NCBI GenBank assembly: GCA_000934665.2
Contig: KZ538122.1
Span: forward strand, 62,001-126,000
Source: Catajapyx aquilonaris
Taxonomy: Eukaryota
Reading direction: 5' to 3'
Length of the DNA stretch: 64,000 nucleotides
Positions 18,601 through 33,500 of this stretch are shown here, in pieces. The translations under genes and the position numbers were made by a program. How positions within the stretch are numbered: position 1 is the stretch's first letter; each line of letters starts with the position of its first letter. The notes under the pieces were generated by a model. The model searched no databases, had not been told where the DNA came from, and saw nothing but the letters and a program-made list of their open reading frames with translations.

Positions 18601-21321
18601 ACGAAGACAGCTGTTGGTGTGGGCGGGCATGTGTGTGTGTGTGTGTGACACACGGGGAAAAATTTGGTCTACTGCAGTGCAGACAGGACAGTCTGCAGAT
18701 ATGGCCTTTTTTTTTTTTTGCTGGGTGTTGTGAGGTGTTCGGGTCATTAGATGAGGCGGTAAATATTTCGTCCTGCCAGCTTTTCAACAGCCCCAGTTTG
18801 GGTAGGGCTGCAGTTGCCGTTTCTTTGTGCACTGTAGGAGGTTGAAAAGAAATACCCCTAGGGGGTAGGGAGGATTAGAGGGGGGAAGAGTAGGGGAAGA
18901 ACAGAGGAAGAAAAAAAAATGGGTAAGCCAAATGTTCGGTGTGGCGAAAATTTTTTGAGAGGGGGCGCCAGCAGCCTCTGTCACTTCCAAGTGGGTGACC
19001 TACATCAGCCTAAAACAGAAACTGAAATTCCGCGGTTGGTGAGAAGAAGAAGAAAAAAAATATATGGGCATGGGAGCAGTGATATCATCCCTATTCCACC
19101 CCAGATATGGGGGAGAGAGAAAATGTGGATATGTGGGCTGCTGCTTAGAATAACAACTGGTGAGGCATGGCGCAATTGTTTCAGGGCATTGTGTTTTTTG
19201 CAGACGGGGGAATGGGTAATGCAATGACAATGCGGGGGTGAGTGGCAGGCGGTGTGCTTGCAGGAATGCTGAAAGATGCATAACCGCATGGGGAAGTGGG
19301 GNNNNNNNNNNNNNNNNNNGGGGGAGAAGCGAGAGTTATTTTTCAGAAGATGCGGCCATACTAGCTGATAGCTGGTTATCTAGGCAAAAGTCCCGGTCAT
19401 TTCTTCATGGTAGGCGCAACCTTGATCGTGAGATTAAAACGGTTATGCTTGTTTTGTGCCCACATACCAGCACTGACCTACTGTCAATTATCTGGGACAC
19501 CCTCCCCCTCCTCCCAGTCTCCTTCATGGCCGCATGCAAATTAGTCAGTTGAAGGGCTATAGTTGGCAATAGGTCAGCTGGTCGGACTCGTCAGCTGATG
19601 TCCGGCTGTGATTAGATAAGGCGGAGAGGCGGCGGGGTATTTTTTTTTTGTAAGAGATGAATAGGAGCCGGTGGTTTTGGGGGTCAGGCCATCCTTTGGC
19701 ACCTTGTCATGCGTTTATGACCCGGGGCCATCGCACTCCAGGCCATTGCCAGTTTCGTCTCCGATATCGATCGGAGACCCGAACTTTGTAGTCCGGGAAA
19801 TAGCGCCTACATGGCTTCTCCTTTCTCCTCCCCCCACTTCCCAACTTAAAGGACGGTACTTGCTGTTGAATAAATTAATTGGGGGAGGTTTTAAGGAGGG
19901 GGTGTCTCTTCCTTCCCCTGACTCCTGCTACTCAAAACCTTTTTCTTGAGATCGGATTTTTGGGAGGCGACTGCTGTCTTTTTTTTTTTTTNNNNNNNNN
20001 NGGGGGGGGGGGGGGGGGGGAAGATGTTTCTCACTCTGGATGCAGGCAGAGCTGGCACTAAATGTAAGGGGAATGGGCATGAGTTAGTGCAGAGGAGGGG
20101 GAGGTAGCATATATCCTGACAGGAAAGGGGAGTTAATAAAATGTGGCTGTTTTCCTCTTGTTTGGAAGGAGAGCGGTTTTGGTGTTTTTCTGTGCATCAA
20201 GTGGGTCATTGGGAGCTGTGATAGGTCTATCACTGGTGGGGTCGGCTGATACCGGCAGGGAACAAATGGTTGATTTGCTCATCCCGGGGGCGGTGCAGGC
20301 AGGGAGCAGCTGATATTTGGTGTGCGAATTGGACAAGTGGTTGATTTGCTGGTGTGCCTGGAGTTGGCGAATTTCATATCTGGTGGTTTTGGAAAGGGGA
20401 TTGCCCTTCCGCTCCACTTCCCGTCACATCCATGATTGGGATGTGCCACACCAGTGACCAACCCACTGGGGAGGGCGCTAATTTGATGACGCTTGTGTAC
20501 AGGATGGAGAGGTCTGACCATTGGGGAGGGAAAGGGAAAGAAGAAAAATCGCACCATGAATCTGGGATATTGTGCTAACCATGTCCCTTCAGCCATAGAG
20601 TTTCTCTCTCCTCTTGCCTGTGGTTATTACCCCCAGTCATTTCATGCAGCTGAAGACCAGTGCAATTGCACTTAGGGCTAATGAAACCCTGGCACATGCT
20701 GCAGGGGAAATGCACACGCATTTTAGGAGCAGTCATCACTCTGCAGCTCATTGAGCAATCAGGGAATGGAACTTGAGCAACTTCCTCCTGAGTCATCATT
20801 TCAGGAAATTCCGTTAGGAGGTGCCAACTTGTTGCAGGAGGGGGGGGGGGGGAGCAACTTGTTTGTCTTTTTAGCACTTGCCAATTAAAATTAGCATTTT
20901 GAACGTCCCAACTAATGTATGTGCAGCGCCAGTTGCAGAGCAAATTGTACCATTCTCTTCCACCTTCTCTTTTAGGTGGGGAAGGAGGAGCTAGTGAAAC
21001 TGGCGACCGCCTTTGAGAAGCAGGACTTGTTAACCTCCATGGGAGTGACGCTTGCCGGCACACGTTACATCTACCTGTCAGGAACAGACAAGGTCATCAG
21101 GGCCAAACTGGGCAAAGTGGGAGTCCACTGTATGAAGACTCAGCAAGGTGAGTACTAGCTGTTAGCCTTCCATTGGCTGTGATGTCATTTGGCAGGATGA
21201 TTACAGTGTTTTTCTCTTTGCAGCCATGGTAGTTTCCCTGTATGAAGACCCCATTCAGCCTCAGCAGGCCGCATCAGTAGTTGAAAAGCTAGGAGATTAC
21301 TTAGTGTCCTGTGGGTATTAG
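15623..21321 (+). CDS. chic: Profilin (chickadee orthologue), 126 aa
   Basis: Exons 15623-15733, 20976-21147 and 21224-21321 (381 nt): [37 protein letters not shown]...[14 protein letters not shown]...[12 protein letters not shown]. Confidence 0.96.
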
Positions 21322-24300
21322 AGGTAAGGGGAGAGAGCCAGAGGTTGAAGATTTACATGGCATCAGAGTGATACATGAAAGAATTGGATTACAAAAAAAA
21401 ATTTATATCAATGGTCCCCGCCCAAAATGTCGAATATGTGAAACTGCATGTCACAAGATGAGTGTTTTTTTTTAAAGCAATGTTTGATTTTTTTATGAGA
21501 AAGCTTGCATGAATGAATGGTTGTTGGTGATTTTCAAACCAAGTGCCAACGTTTGACAACATTAAAAATTGAACTCGCAACTCGCAGTTGTGGACTTTTT
21601 TTTTAAACTGGTTACTCTCTCATTGCTGGTTCAGAGGTGCTAACGTGCTGTTCATTTGTAGGTAGTCGCCACATGTTCCATTGAAGCCATCTGGTGAGAA
21701 TGTGATGAAACAAGGAAACCTGGCTTTTTTGCTGCAGTTGGCAAATGACAAAAAAACTGAACTGGCTTTGTTGGCTGGATGATACTACAATGGTGGTTGC
21801 CGTGGGCAGTTTTATTTAAGTCAGTATCAACTAGGTTGTCCAACTGGGGGGGCTGCAACAAAAAAAATCATATATTTAAGCAGGGGGAAAATCATGAGTG
21901 CGGGGGAAGATTGAAAAAGAGAAAAGAAAAAAAAAAGTGAAGTGAGGACTCACCAAGGCTGATCTTTTTCGAGTGTCTTGTCTAATTTTGTACCCAAGGA
22001 TTATTGCATGGTGATGATTCTGGTGAAAATTTTCAAGCTGGCGCAGTGTGGGAAATGGTGATAAAGCAAGTTCTTCTGTGGTTGGGGGATAATTGAAGAC
22101 ATAGGCGGTACACCTTATACTACTTGTTTTGTTAATTTTTGTGTGAGACACTTGCCCACAGAAAGGCTGGGATGAAGTGTCTGGGGGTAAAAAGAAAAGG
22201 GGAAAAAAGTACCAAGTGTCTGGAAAAATTTCCAAAAGGTGTGTCCTGTGTTGCATCCTCCATACCTGTACTCTCTCTGTCTTTGTCTCTGCCCCGGTTT
22301 CCTGTCTTTTGCGCCACTGTAATGTTGCCCAATTTTTCTTACATTTAATTATTGTTTATCCCAATCCTCCCATTTTCCTCATTGGTAGCCTAACAGCTGT
22401 TCCTAATCCAGGCAAATTTTTCTGCTGTCTTGCTCATGTTTCTAGTCTCACGGGCCAGTGAACTCCCAGTCGCTGGAGCGGTGCAGAAATTAACAATTTG
22501 TAATTTTAAAATGAAGAAAAGTGCTGGTTACTTGTATATCGAACCTGGTATTTAAAATGAGCAAGGATTTGCTTCCCGTTTGCTTGCGAGGAATAGCATT
22601 CTCAAAAATACGCATTGCTTTGGTGTGAGTGGTTTCTTTTCTAATAGAACGAATTGTTTTCTCTCCATTGGGGAACTTGCCAGAGTACCGAGTAGTGTTT
22701 TTTTAAGTCAGTGCATGTCCAGACCACTTAACCAGTAATTGATTGAAACATTAATTATGATTGACCCTCCCTCTTCCTTCCCCCATTTAAAGTGTATGTT
22801 ATAAGCAAACATGTAAAAGTAAGACATCAGGATGCTCACATTCACTCCAGTGTTGTTTACCCGCTTTTCAGTTCCAACTACTCGGTTTGTGAATTAAATA
22901 CAGTTAATAAGTACATTGGTTGTTCTCTGCTGTTTCTCCAATATTTGGATGAAACCAGGACTTGGGAAGGATTTAAAGAAGAGGACCTTTTTTGTAGCGT
23001 GATTTCGGGAGGGAGGGAGTGAAGGAAGTATTTTTTCACTTTCTTTTGTACAGCAATTAGTGGGTAGATTTCCTTATTATTTTTTTAAAAGGTGAGGTGC
23101 TGTTATTGGACCCTCAAACCCCAAAGACCGAACTTCATCTGCCTTTTTCCTGGAGAGCAAACTGCTGCCTGTGCCAGACCTTCCCTTAAGTACGAATCAT
23201 TTATAAGACGGTCAATTCTTTGTGCTAACAAAAGAAGAGGGTTTGTGTTCCTGTAGATAGATTGTCATCAGCTTACCACTAACTAAAATTATGCACCCTT
23301 TGTTTATTGCTGAGACCCCCCCCCCCNCCCTCCCCTCGCTCCCAATGATTAACGTTCTGGAGGTGGTTCGGGCAGAAAATCGATGTGTGTGCCAATTGTA
23401 CCATAATAATTTTCTCATTCTTTGAGTTACGCTGGGTTTCCCTCTTTTTTTTTTACAACTCGGTTCTAACTGGCTCTATTATTCCAAGATATTTTGCGAC
23501 ATCAAACTATTTGTAAGCTGTATCCCTGGAGAGCCCCAATAAAATAAGGTTCTTTCCAAAAATAAGGAACTGTTTCAAAAGAAATGCAGATATGCAAATC
23601 CAATAACCCCCACTAAGAGAATTGCAATTTTTTGGACATGACACCTCGCCAAACATAGGCGGCTGCTTCTCTGGTGCAAGTGTGGGGGATGGATGGCACC
23701 AAAATTTGTCATCATTTTTTTTCAGTATGTGCCCACTTAACCACCTGCATTTTGCTGTACATAAAAGCTTACCTGTTCAGCATCAACAGTTATTGCAGCA
23801 GCAGTTTCGATTCCTTGAGATCTGATTCATGAGCAGCCACGCGTGACTGAACTGCAGTTTGATGCCCTGCCTGGATAATTTCTTAACTTCCATACCAGAG
23901 ACCCTTCAGTTTTCTTTTAATTTCACCACTCCCTTTTAGCATATTCGTTAAGACTGTGTGTTTGTGCTGGAGCCTATGTTGAAAAAAGGTGGAAGTTGAA
24001 TATGAGCAACTTTTGTTAAGCTCACAGCCTGTTTTGGGAACAAATTATGTGTAGCAGCTGATTATTGACAGGGTACAAAAGTTGATTACAGTTTCTCAAG
24101 TCATTGTCAAGTCAGGTCTGTTGTGGATTGGTGTTGTGGGTTTGAAGTTTCATTCCAATGGAAGATGGGAGCCCCCCCAAATGAGGAAATGGGACTGTTA
24201 GATGAACATGCTCAAATATTAAACTAGGCCAGTGAGCAAAAGCAAAAAAAAAGAAGTTATCAGGCGCAAACTTATTTTGAGCCTAAGCCTACTGTGCTTT

Positions 24301-27300
24301 TTTTTTCATACTTCAGTGGTAGCCATTTCTATCGCATATTCTGTTGCAATATGTGTTAAAAAGGAGACAAAGAAACAGCAACTGCTATGAGTGTGACAAG
24401 ATTTTATTTTACCTACTCAAGTGTGCTTAGCTTGGATTTCGTTTTCCCGCCCCCCAATTACTAGGTCAGTGTCACTTTTACTGTTTTTATTATAAAAAGT
24501 AATCTGCCCAACTGCCCTAGAAGAATTTCCCCCCAGGTGTTGTCTATGGATTAATATGGTACACTTTTTTATACCACAATAAATAAGCTTCTTAATGTTG
24601 GTGACTTGTGAAGTAATGAGCGGTACTTTTCATCCTGTTATTTATTTCCAGTGACTATTTTTATAGTTAAAATTGCACTATCCCCTTTTAGTACAGTTAC
24701 AAATATGAAACACTGGACTTGAGAAAATGCTAATGACTTCAATTTTAACTTGGGTGAAAGTCTAATTGTGCGTAGAAAGGGGAGGTGTGAGATTTACAAA
24801 ACGTTCTATCTCTAGCAACACCAAGATCCTCACTTTTTAAATGCACTTTTTTTTAGAGTTTGGATGATAGCAAAAGAGAAGGCAGGTTTTCAGTGCTGCT
24901 CCAGTGAGTATTGCCGAGAGCGACGCCACAGACTCTTGAAAAAGCTGCGTTTAGGGCGAGAATTGGTTCCTGTCCCATCCCCTAGAAAATGAGACATATT
25001 GTTAAGGATGTTGATATTGAATAATGATGCAAAAGGTATGACAAAGCACATTATGTAGGGAACAATGCAGCAGGTGTTCTAGCAAGCAGTTCTTTTGAAG
25101 TCTGGTGATGCTTTCATACACAATTAAGAGTTGATTTTCTGCCAGAAAGTATCTAACACTGAACGTCTCATTTATCATTGCTAATGCTAATAGTAAAGTG
25201 CTTTTGTTACACCTAGTGCGTGCAAAAGAGTAAGCGTGCTACCCACCAGATTTGAGTGATGACGAGTTGTCTTTTTTGTTGTCCTTGGAGCTTCCTGTTG
25301 AGATGAGGACAGCTTATTGAATTACATGCGAAAGCGTGCAGCAAAAAACCTTATACGAGGAAGCAAGATAATTGGATTCCAGGTCGAGTAAAGTGGATTA
25401 AGTATGACCTTAAAAGAAGGCCAACTAAATTTGTTGGTATCCAATTTACACTTGCTTTATTGATGCAGTGCTCCTAGGGGGTGCTCAGAAATGAAATCGG
25501 GTTTTCTAAGAGAAAGTTTTGGCCCAAGTCCCAGGAAATATGCATGTTACTGAGTTGAATGATTATAATAAAGGAACGTGCCATCTGCACAACAGTAACT
25601 CGACTATAGTGAGAGATCTTTGATTCTCACCCTGGAGGGCAGGGATGTGCCCAAGAATGAATAATGAAAATCAGTTTTTATGGGGGGAAGGGAAATTGGT
25701 GCGAGTCGGATTGACATGATATGTAAGATGGGACATGACTCATGTGAGGCTTTGCACTTGTATGTTTTCTTATATGTAATGGTGATTCATATATGGTGCT
25801 CTGCCAGGTGACACTGATTGCTGCTGATAAGTTGTAAAAATTTTCATGCAAAGGGAAAGTATGTTTCTCTATGCTAGAGAGGGAAACTGCAGCAACACGT
25901 GTATCAATATCAGTATTATTATATTGATATATCATGTCAGCACACCAATGTAAGTAGAGGGGCTTGGGTGTGGTATGTAGCGCAGCAGCAGTTCCGGTGA
26001 GGATATAGCGTGGTATTACAGTACAATGTCATGACTCACATCATAACCACATATCTGGCAGGGATCCAGCTTAATCTTTTACTAATTCTGTTGCAGTGTC
26101 AAGTGTCACTTGGCAGGTTTTCACATGTGAGCCACTCAGAGATGTGCATTCTGTTTCCACTGAATTTGATGCATCAAAGGATTTGCACGTTTGAATTCCA
26201 ACTTGTTTTCTCTCCTGCAAAATGCTCAAAGGTACTGAACTTCAAAGGCTTCGATTATCCCCTCTAATTTAGTCCACTGGCAGGACTAGTGGGCATGAAA
26301 GTGAAACAAGCAAAAATATGCTTGCATTACTCTTAACATCTGCATGAAATTGAATGCACTCTTGAGAACGTGTTACAAATGCTAGGCACTGAATATTCAT
26401 TTTATTGATGTTTCATGTTGCATTCTCATTTCAAAGGTTACACTTTTCACTGGGATTGCTTTGAATGCAAATGGGTGCATTGTGTGCACTGAATGTAGGA
26501 GAGAGAAACAGGTTGCAATGTTCAATAATGACAAAGCTTGTGCTTTCAGTTTGGAAAATGCCACACATTCATTCATACAACCTTGATCTACTATTTTCAT
26601 AATTTATGGCAGCATTCAGTGAACTGTAATGCAATTCATTTATGCAAAATCAGTCCACCTACATTTTACACAGATCAAATCTGTCCACACTCACTCATGA
26701 GTTAGAGATTTCCTGACCATCGTGATAACATTTAAAAACTATTCACGACTGAATTGATTTTACGCATTGCAAGGGCCCATCCATCCCATTATATTCCTAT
26801 TTTAAAGAAATGTAGTGTTGTTACAGTTCTATAGGATGACAGATAATTGACTGTAAATGACTAGCTGTCAGTGCTATGTTCTGTATGGGTATGATCCTGA
26901 CCCACACCACCTTGACCATGCTCCATCGAGAAAAATGACATTATTTGCTCAGGAATTGCTAGTGTGAAATTCTGCTGCCTCCTGCCTTACTTTTGCTCAA
27001 TGGTGCAGGGCAGGTACCTAGCAATGACAGTGTTGTCACCCTGTAGTTGTGTACACTGAAATAGGATGCTACCAAGTAAGATAGAGAATTCTGTAGGCAC
27101 ATATTTTGCTTCAGAAACTAATGTTGTTGAAACACTGGTGCATACAAGCTTGGGCGTGGGCTTGGGACTCCAAGGTTGAAAATATAGAACGCCCCTTTTT
27201 GATAATGTGAGAGGGCAAGTGTGGGGAAACAGGTGTAATAGATACAATAGAATTCAATGTGATATGGTGATATGATACGTTATCCATTACATATGGTACC

Positions 27301-27561
27301 TCATACACTCCCAACTCATAACTTACAAAAGGAGCACTCTAAACAATTCAGGCCTCAGTCTATAACAACGTCAATGACAAAATAATGTGAAATTTAAAGT
27401 AACCAATAAGTACAGTACATTAAGACCGAGATATAGGAAGTCAGAATATTGTGAATTAACTTTCTCTAAACCACGAGACTGTAGCCATCTAAAATAATAT
27501 TGAAATGCAAATTCGCATTATTTTAGCCTCTATCTCAGTTGTGTACCTTTCTTTTGCAATT

Positions 27562-30500
27562 CTAGGTGTCTCTTTTGTCATTCATGCTATCACCTGCCAC
27601 GAAAATAATTGTTAGTGCTCAAAGCAAAATATGTGTTTTACAAATTCCATATCTTATTGATAGTACCCTTTGCAGATGGGCTGTAGAGATATACAAAGAA
27701 CCACATGATCACCTCTCCTGATGAGCAGACTGGTGACCCTCCGGAGGGTCTCCCTAGCAGACGACCTGTGATGAAAGTTTGGTGTGAGCCCGGGAGGCAG
27801 AGTGGCCGGCTTCTGTGGGAAATCCTGACTCATCATCGGGTCAGGTCCATTCAGTCCCTGGTTCATGCCCAGACCAAGTTTGTCCAATGCTTCTGTTGAG
27901 AAGCGGTGGTGTGGCTTCCTCAGCACTGGGAATGCCCCTCTCTGCGGGCTGTCCATCAGCAACATTGGCATTGGGTCTGGCCCACCCCCACCCATGGCTG
28001 CTCTCACACCCATTCGGATTCCAATGCGGGGCTGCTGGACTTTACCATTATGAGGAAAGGCAGACTCACGTCTAGGAAGGCTCGGTTCAGGGTACACCAA
28101 CCCACTGCTTCTCCGGGGTGATGGGGTGAAACCTTCCTCAAGGGATGGTTTCAATCTGCGGGGTGGTGGAGGTGGCTTGAACTGAGGTGGTGCATCATCA
28201 AGCCCTTCCACAAGGCCTTCCTGAAGCATCTGGTGTATGCATGTGAAGTCGGTGCTGGCACGAGCCTTTTCTGGAGCAGGGGCAGTTGTTGACTTGGGTT
28301 GAGATGGACGTATACATGGTGCCTCTACAGGCATGTCTGCTTGTGTGACCTTATCAGGCTGAGGTTTCTCCGCTTGTGGCGGTGTTATCACTTCCTCAAC
28401 CAGCACTTCTTTCTTCTCGCTTTTCTCGTCTTCCTCCTCTTCAGGAACTGTTGCTGATGAGTTCCAGCTCCATCGAGCTTTTGTATCCCCAGCACCAGCT
28501 GTGTTTATGTCCTCTGATGATATCTGTGGATACCCAGTAAGGAATGACTCAGAGATTTGATATTGACGCAAATGGAGATAAGCTTTGGTTGCACCTGAGG
28601 TTTCTTACTATCGCTAATCCCTAAATAATGTCACTTACTCAGAACTGTCAACTATTGTTCAACTACTGCATCTCAACTTGACAGCTAAATCATAAAACAC
28701 TGATTCCACTTTAAAAACTGGTGCTTCAACATCCGTTGCCATAAATCTAGAAACTAAAATTAAGTGTCTAATCAAATGCCAGGTAAACGCAATATAATTC
28801 AGTGTCTCATTATAAGTGTCAGCACGCACTCACCCAAAGAGAAGTTTTTTCAACTGAAACTGTTGAAGACTCTTCTGAGGAGATGGCAGGGAAAGTGGGT
28901 GGTGACTGATCCTCTAACTTGGCATCAACACTCCCAGCCAGTGAGCCCCATGTGCAGTGTAAGGAACTTGGCTCTGACTCCAGCGAGTCCTCCGAGTAGA
29001 CAGACCCAACCTCCACCACCCTCTGATCCTGGAGGCTGTCCTCCTCACTCAGGGAAGCATTAGAACATCCCTCCCTCTTCATCACCTTCTCTGAGCTTGT
29101 CGCCACAGCCTCAGCATCACTAACCAGAGGGGAGTAGTCTGGCACTGGGGATGGGGGTCCTGGCAAGTACATGGTATGGTTGGAACCCAACCGGTCATGT
29201 ATCACAGGCTGGAAGGAAAGACTCCCAGAAGTTGGAGGCCGGCTCTCAGACTCATCCAGCTCGTCATCTTCTTCCTCCTGGAAAGGTGGCCATCCCGTCT
29301 CAGGTGGGAAGTCAGGATCCAGAGGCAGGAAGAACTTGCGTGTTCCACTACCTCTGCAGGTACAGCCAGGTGACGTGCATGAAGAGTCTGGAGTCATTGG
29401 AGTTGAAGGTGAAGGCAGTGGATCATATGGAATCCACCATGACTGTGTTGAATTCTGAAATTGTCAAGTGTGTCAGCAACATTGTCATTCATACCATAGC
29501 CATATGCCTTCCATCTAAATGAGCCCAGTGCTAATTAAAGCACATGTGGCATTTACAATACTCGCACACCCCGTGAGAGCCCAAGGGCTGCCCTATTCCC
29601 ATCCAGGTTTCCAATATGCCCGATTTTAATCCGGGAAGCCCCACCACATGTTCAGCACAAATTTATCGCTCTTCGGCTGCGGAAACGAGCAGTGTGCACA
29701 TCATCCCGAAATTTCACGGCTCCTTTCAAACGTCGGAGCCCCGTAAAGTAGAAGTGAAAAAGAGTAGAATCGTTCAAGATATTTCCATGAACGTGGCAGG
29801 AGCAGATGTCCCCTTCTTCATCCTCCAGCCTTTTTCCTCAGGAGTCGAAAAGCTGGATTTCAGCCGAATGCGGTTTCCCCGAATTGGTCATGCCGAGTTG
29901 GTAATGTACACACAGGGGCGACCCCACAGGGTGAAAACCAATTCGGTGTAACATGCCCTTTTTCTCAGAAGATATGAGGGAGAAGGAAAAAGTAAAATAG
30001 AATGGATAGGGAGGGAGAGGGGGAAAAAAATGGACGGAAATCTTCTCGACGCCCAAGACGGAAGATCAAACACCAACCGGGCTCTTAAGCCGTTGAAAAA
30101 TCGCTCACAGCTAAGATTAACGAGCATGATAGAACAACCTATATACCGAGCCTGGTTCTTTCCCGGTGCTATTCCATAACTTAGATGATGAACAGCATCC
30201 ATATATTCAAACTATAAAAAAATAGTGGATCTCTTCACGCCCAGGTTGGGTCACGTTACACTTCTGACACATTGTGAAGGGGGTCTATAATATTAATTGT
30301 AGTGAGTGCTATAAACAAATTAGCTGTATATTGATTAGTTCACATTGCTGAACATGCACCCTCCTACACCAAATTGGTATTAGCTTCTTCCTTATTAGGC
30401 AACGATTCGCACTACAATTGCAACAATTGATTTCGCGCTTTCACATTTCTACGCCTGACCGCTACCGTTTTAAAACATTTCTAAACCCGACATTTACGGA

Positions 30501-33500
30501 ACAGCCATTTGTCACTTTCACAACGACCGGATTCGCGAATGTTATAGTACATTCCGTGTACAAATAGCAAGCCTATTGCGTATGATGTAGGAATCCAGCC
30601 AATATCCCCCTTCTCCAAAAGGTGCCTCCAATTTTGGTCGTAACTTGTGCCCCCATAATTGCTACTATAAATTCAAAGATGGCGCCCCCAGGCTTGGGCG
30701 TTTCACGTTTTTCCAGTGAAAAAAAAAAGCAATAACCCAGTACGGAACTAGGTATGGCTGGAAAAATGGTCCGACGGGGTATAGCTCCAAAACTTTTTTT
30801 CGGACTTTGGCAGCAATAAGGGTAGTTTCCGTAGTGTGTTTCATCATCCGCCACGATCAAAAAGGGCCAGGGTGTGGCCCATTAAAACGAATCGACTTCC
30901 ACGTGGCGTGACCCAACGGACACCCTCAGATTGCATTCATCGCCATTTTTATCCCATCAGGATATGAAAACCTGGACACTCATAGCAGGGGGGGCCACTT
31001 TTAAAAATAATTTTATAACACCTGCGAATGTGAAGAGCCGCGAACAAATGGGCCGGAAGTACGTCACAGCCAAGATGGCGGTGCGGCCATATTTGACAAG
31101 CATGTTTATTAATGAGTGCATTAATTTTAAACCGTTCCAGATTATCTAGTGTTGCAGGTTTAAACTAAAGCTGCATATGGACCGGAAGTGCGTTATATCC
31201 AATATGGCATTGCGTCACATCCGGTCACATCCAAGATGGCGGTACGGCTCATTTTACGCCCTATTTGATAGCCCCTTTTCATTACCCTCAGGCAGCCCGG
31301 AATTCAACGCAGGTCAGACACGAGCGTGCCGAATAGCGGGTGTGATCGACGGAATCCAGCCCTGGCCTGATCTGCATAAAGTCCGAGGGTGCCAGGCCAA
31401 TTTCGAGTGTTTACCCCCTCGACGCACCTGATTAATCGTGCCTTTACCCAGGCGCTGGAAGGCAACAACGCCAGCTTGCAGATTGGATTTGGCGAGGGAT
31501 TAACACCGCTTAGGACGAGCACTCAGCAGGTGACATTTGCCAAGTAGAGTGAAGTCTCATACCCCCATGTCGTAATTTGCATTATGCAGCCCCTCCGGGT
31601 GTGTGCGTTAGAAAGGGGGGTTATGAGAGGGGTGTGCCCTACCGAAAATGGTACCTGACGTGCCTGAGTACGATAAATTGCACGCGCTGGTACGCCCAAT
31701 TATGAGAGACAACGTGCCACGATTTGCTTACCGTAGTTTGTGTTCCCTGAGATGCTCGCTCACTGTCCGATATGCTTCGAACAAGCGAGGTCGTGACTTC
31801 GAACGACGTCGGTGTCGAAGGTTCCGGTTCGTTGTCTGGCTGCTCCGGACTACCTGTCCTGCGCTCACAATGTCGAGGAGACACCCTGAAAATTTGAACA
31901 AAAACACAATGTCATTACCCTCTCGGAAGTCAACACCGAGCATAAATCATAGTGACCCAGTTCTCAACTAATTGGCATTCCTCCGATGACCCTCTGCTAT
32001 TACCGTCCCCGAAGTTCATACAGTGGGAGGAGTAGTGACCTGTACTGCAGGCCAAAACTTTTCCCAGCCACATCTTTTTTCGGAGTCGGTTACACCCCTA
32101 GATATTGTAAAACCCGGGAGTGACCCAAAAACGGGAGCCCGTAATTAATTTGGACGGTTTAAACAGGATATGTCAAATTTATGCCCATTGTTGTCGGGCC
32201 ATTCCAGAAACAGTTGGTAAATTACAACGGGATTGGTACCCATTAGTGACAACAATGGTCTGACCTGGGCAGGAGAGACGCAATGAGTCTTTCGGCCTCG
32301 GCAGGTGACGGCGGGGGTGGTAGACGGGGCGACGGCACTTGGGCGTCATCAGCGTCGTCCACCACTGGAAGACTTAGGACGCCTTCGAGTGACCGCGGAA
32401 GAGAGCGACCTCCGTTCATGCTGATGTAACCATCATCCTCGGACTGGTCCTCCTCACCTCCGGCCAATGGCGGAAGACGCGGAAGAAGCACCACGTGTTG
32501 CCCTGACGACACCGACGCTCTTCCGCCGTCGGGTCCGTCACTGGCAGCCAGCGAATCAGGGGACGAGCAGCTGCCGTTGGCCATACCCCCTGCCGCCTCC
32601 TTCTTATTGGATGATGCAGCATCAACCTGAAAATTTGGACCAATCAATGGCGTGACGGACCGTGACTTTTGTTACGGAGCCCTGTCGGCAGGCACGCTCA
32701 CATTTAACCTCCAAAAGGCCATAAACTCAAGGTGAAAGAGGGAAGGGCACAAAGGAGTGGGTGGGGAGGCCAAGGAAAAGCGGATGGAATGTGGTTTGGT
32801 GTCCAAAATACCCTCTGGGACCGTCTGAGGGGAAAGAGAATAGATTGCACCTACCAACGGGTCGGGCCAAGGTGGAGGACCCTTCTTCAGCACATCCTGC
32901 ACCTGCACGTGACCCACTTTGGACAACTCCTGGTCCGTCACAGGCACAGCTTCTAGGACCTCATCTTCCTCCGGTTCCTCCGGGTTGTCCGTCTCCACTT
33001 CATCGAACTCTGACAACACCTGGTCCAGCAGCTCCAACGACCGCTGGACTTCCTCGCTGCAAAAAGAAGTTTCCCCTTGTAACTCTGTAAATGCTAAACT
33101 CCAGCGACATTCACGTCAACCGCACTTGACACAGCTGTTGCGGTCTGCGGATCGTTGAGTGTAGCACGTGGCCGAATTCAGAGGAAGATCCTCTCTAAAG
33201 TCTCCCCGCCAACTTTTAACGTTGATATATGGCCTGCGTGGGCCTTTCAATCTAGAGGCGCCATGTGCTACTGGGAGGCCTCTTCCATCAGTTAGCCGCA
33301 ACCCCCCAAGAGGACAGGAAATGTTTCAAAAGCCCTGATGGAGCCTCAAAATCTGCTCTTCCACACAAATTGGTCTCGAAGATCATTTTTTTTCTGCGAC
33401 AGTGTTGATCCGATGGAAAAGGATGCTGGTGGAAGCACAATTTCCTGTGAAGCGCTGGGGCCAAATTGGGATGCTCCCACAGGGCGCCATTTTCGATCAA

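Noticed and set aside
19302..20001. N runs inside G/T homopolymers
   Set aside because: Assembly or sequencing gaps, not biology.
28524..28760. Apparent extra exons and a frameshift upstream of the 305-aa ORF
   Set aside because: Candidate acceptors give stops in the required phase; the acceptor at 28523 resolves the model without a frameshift, although coding-like sequence here leaves some doubt.
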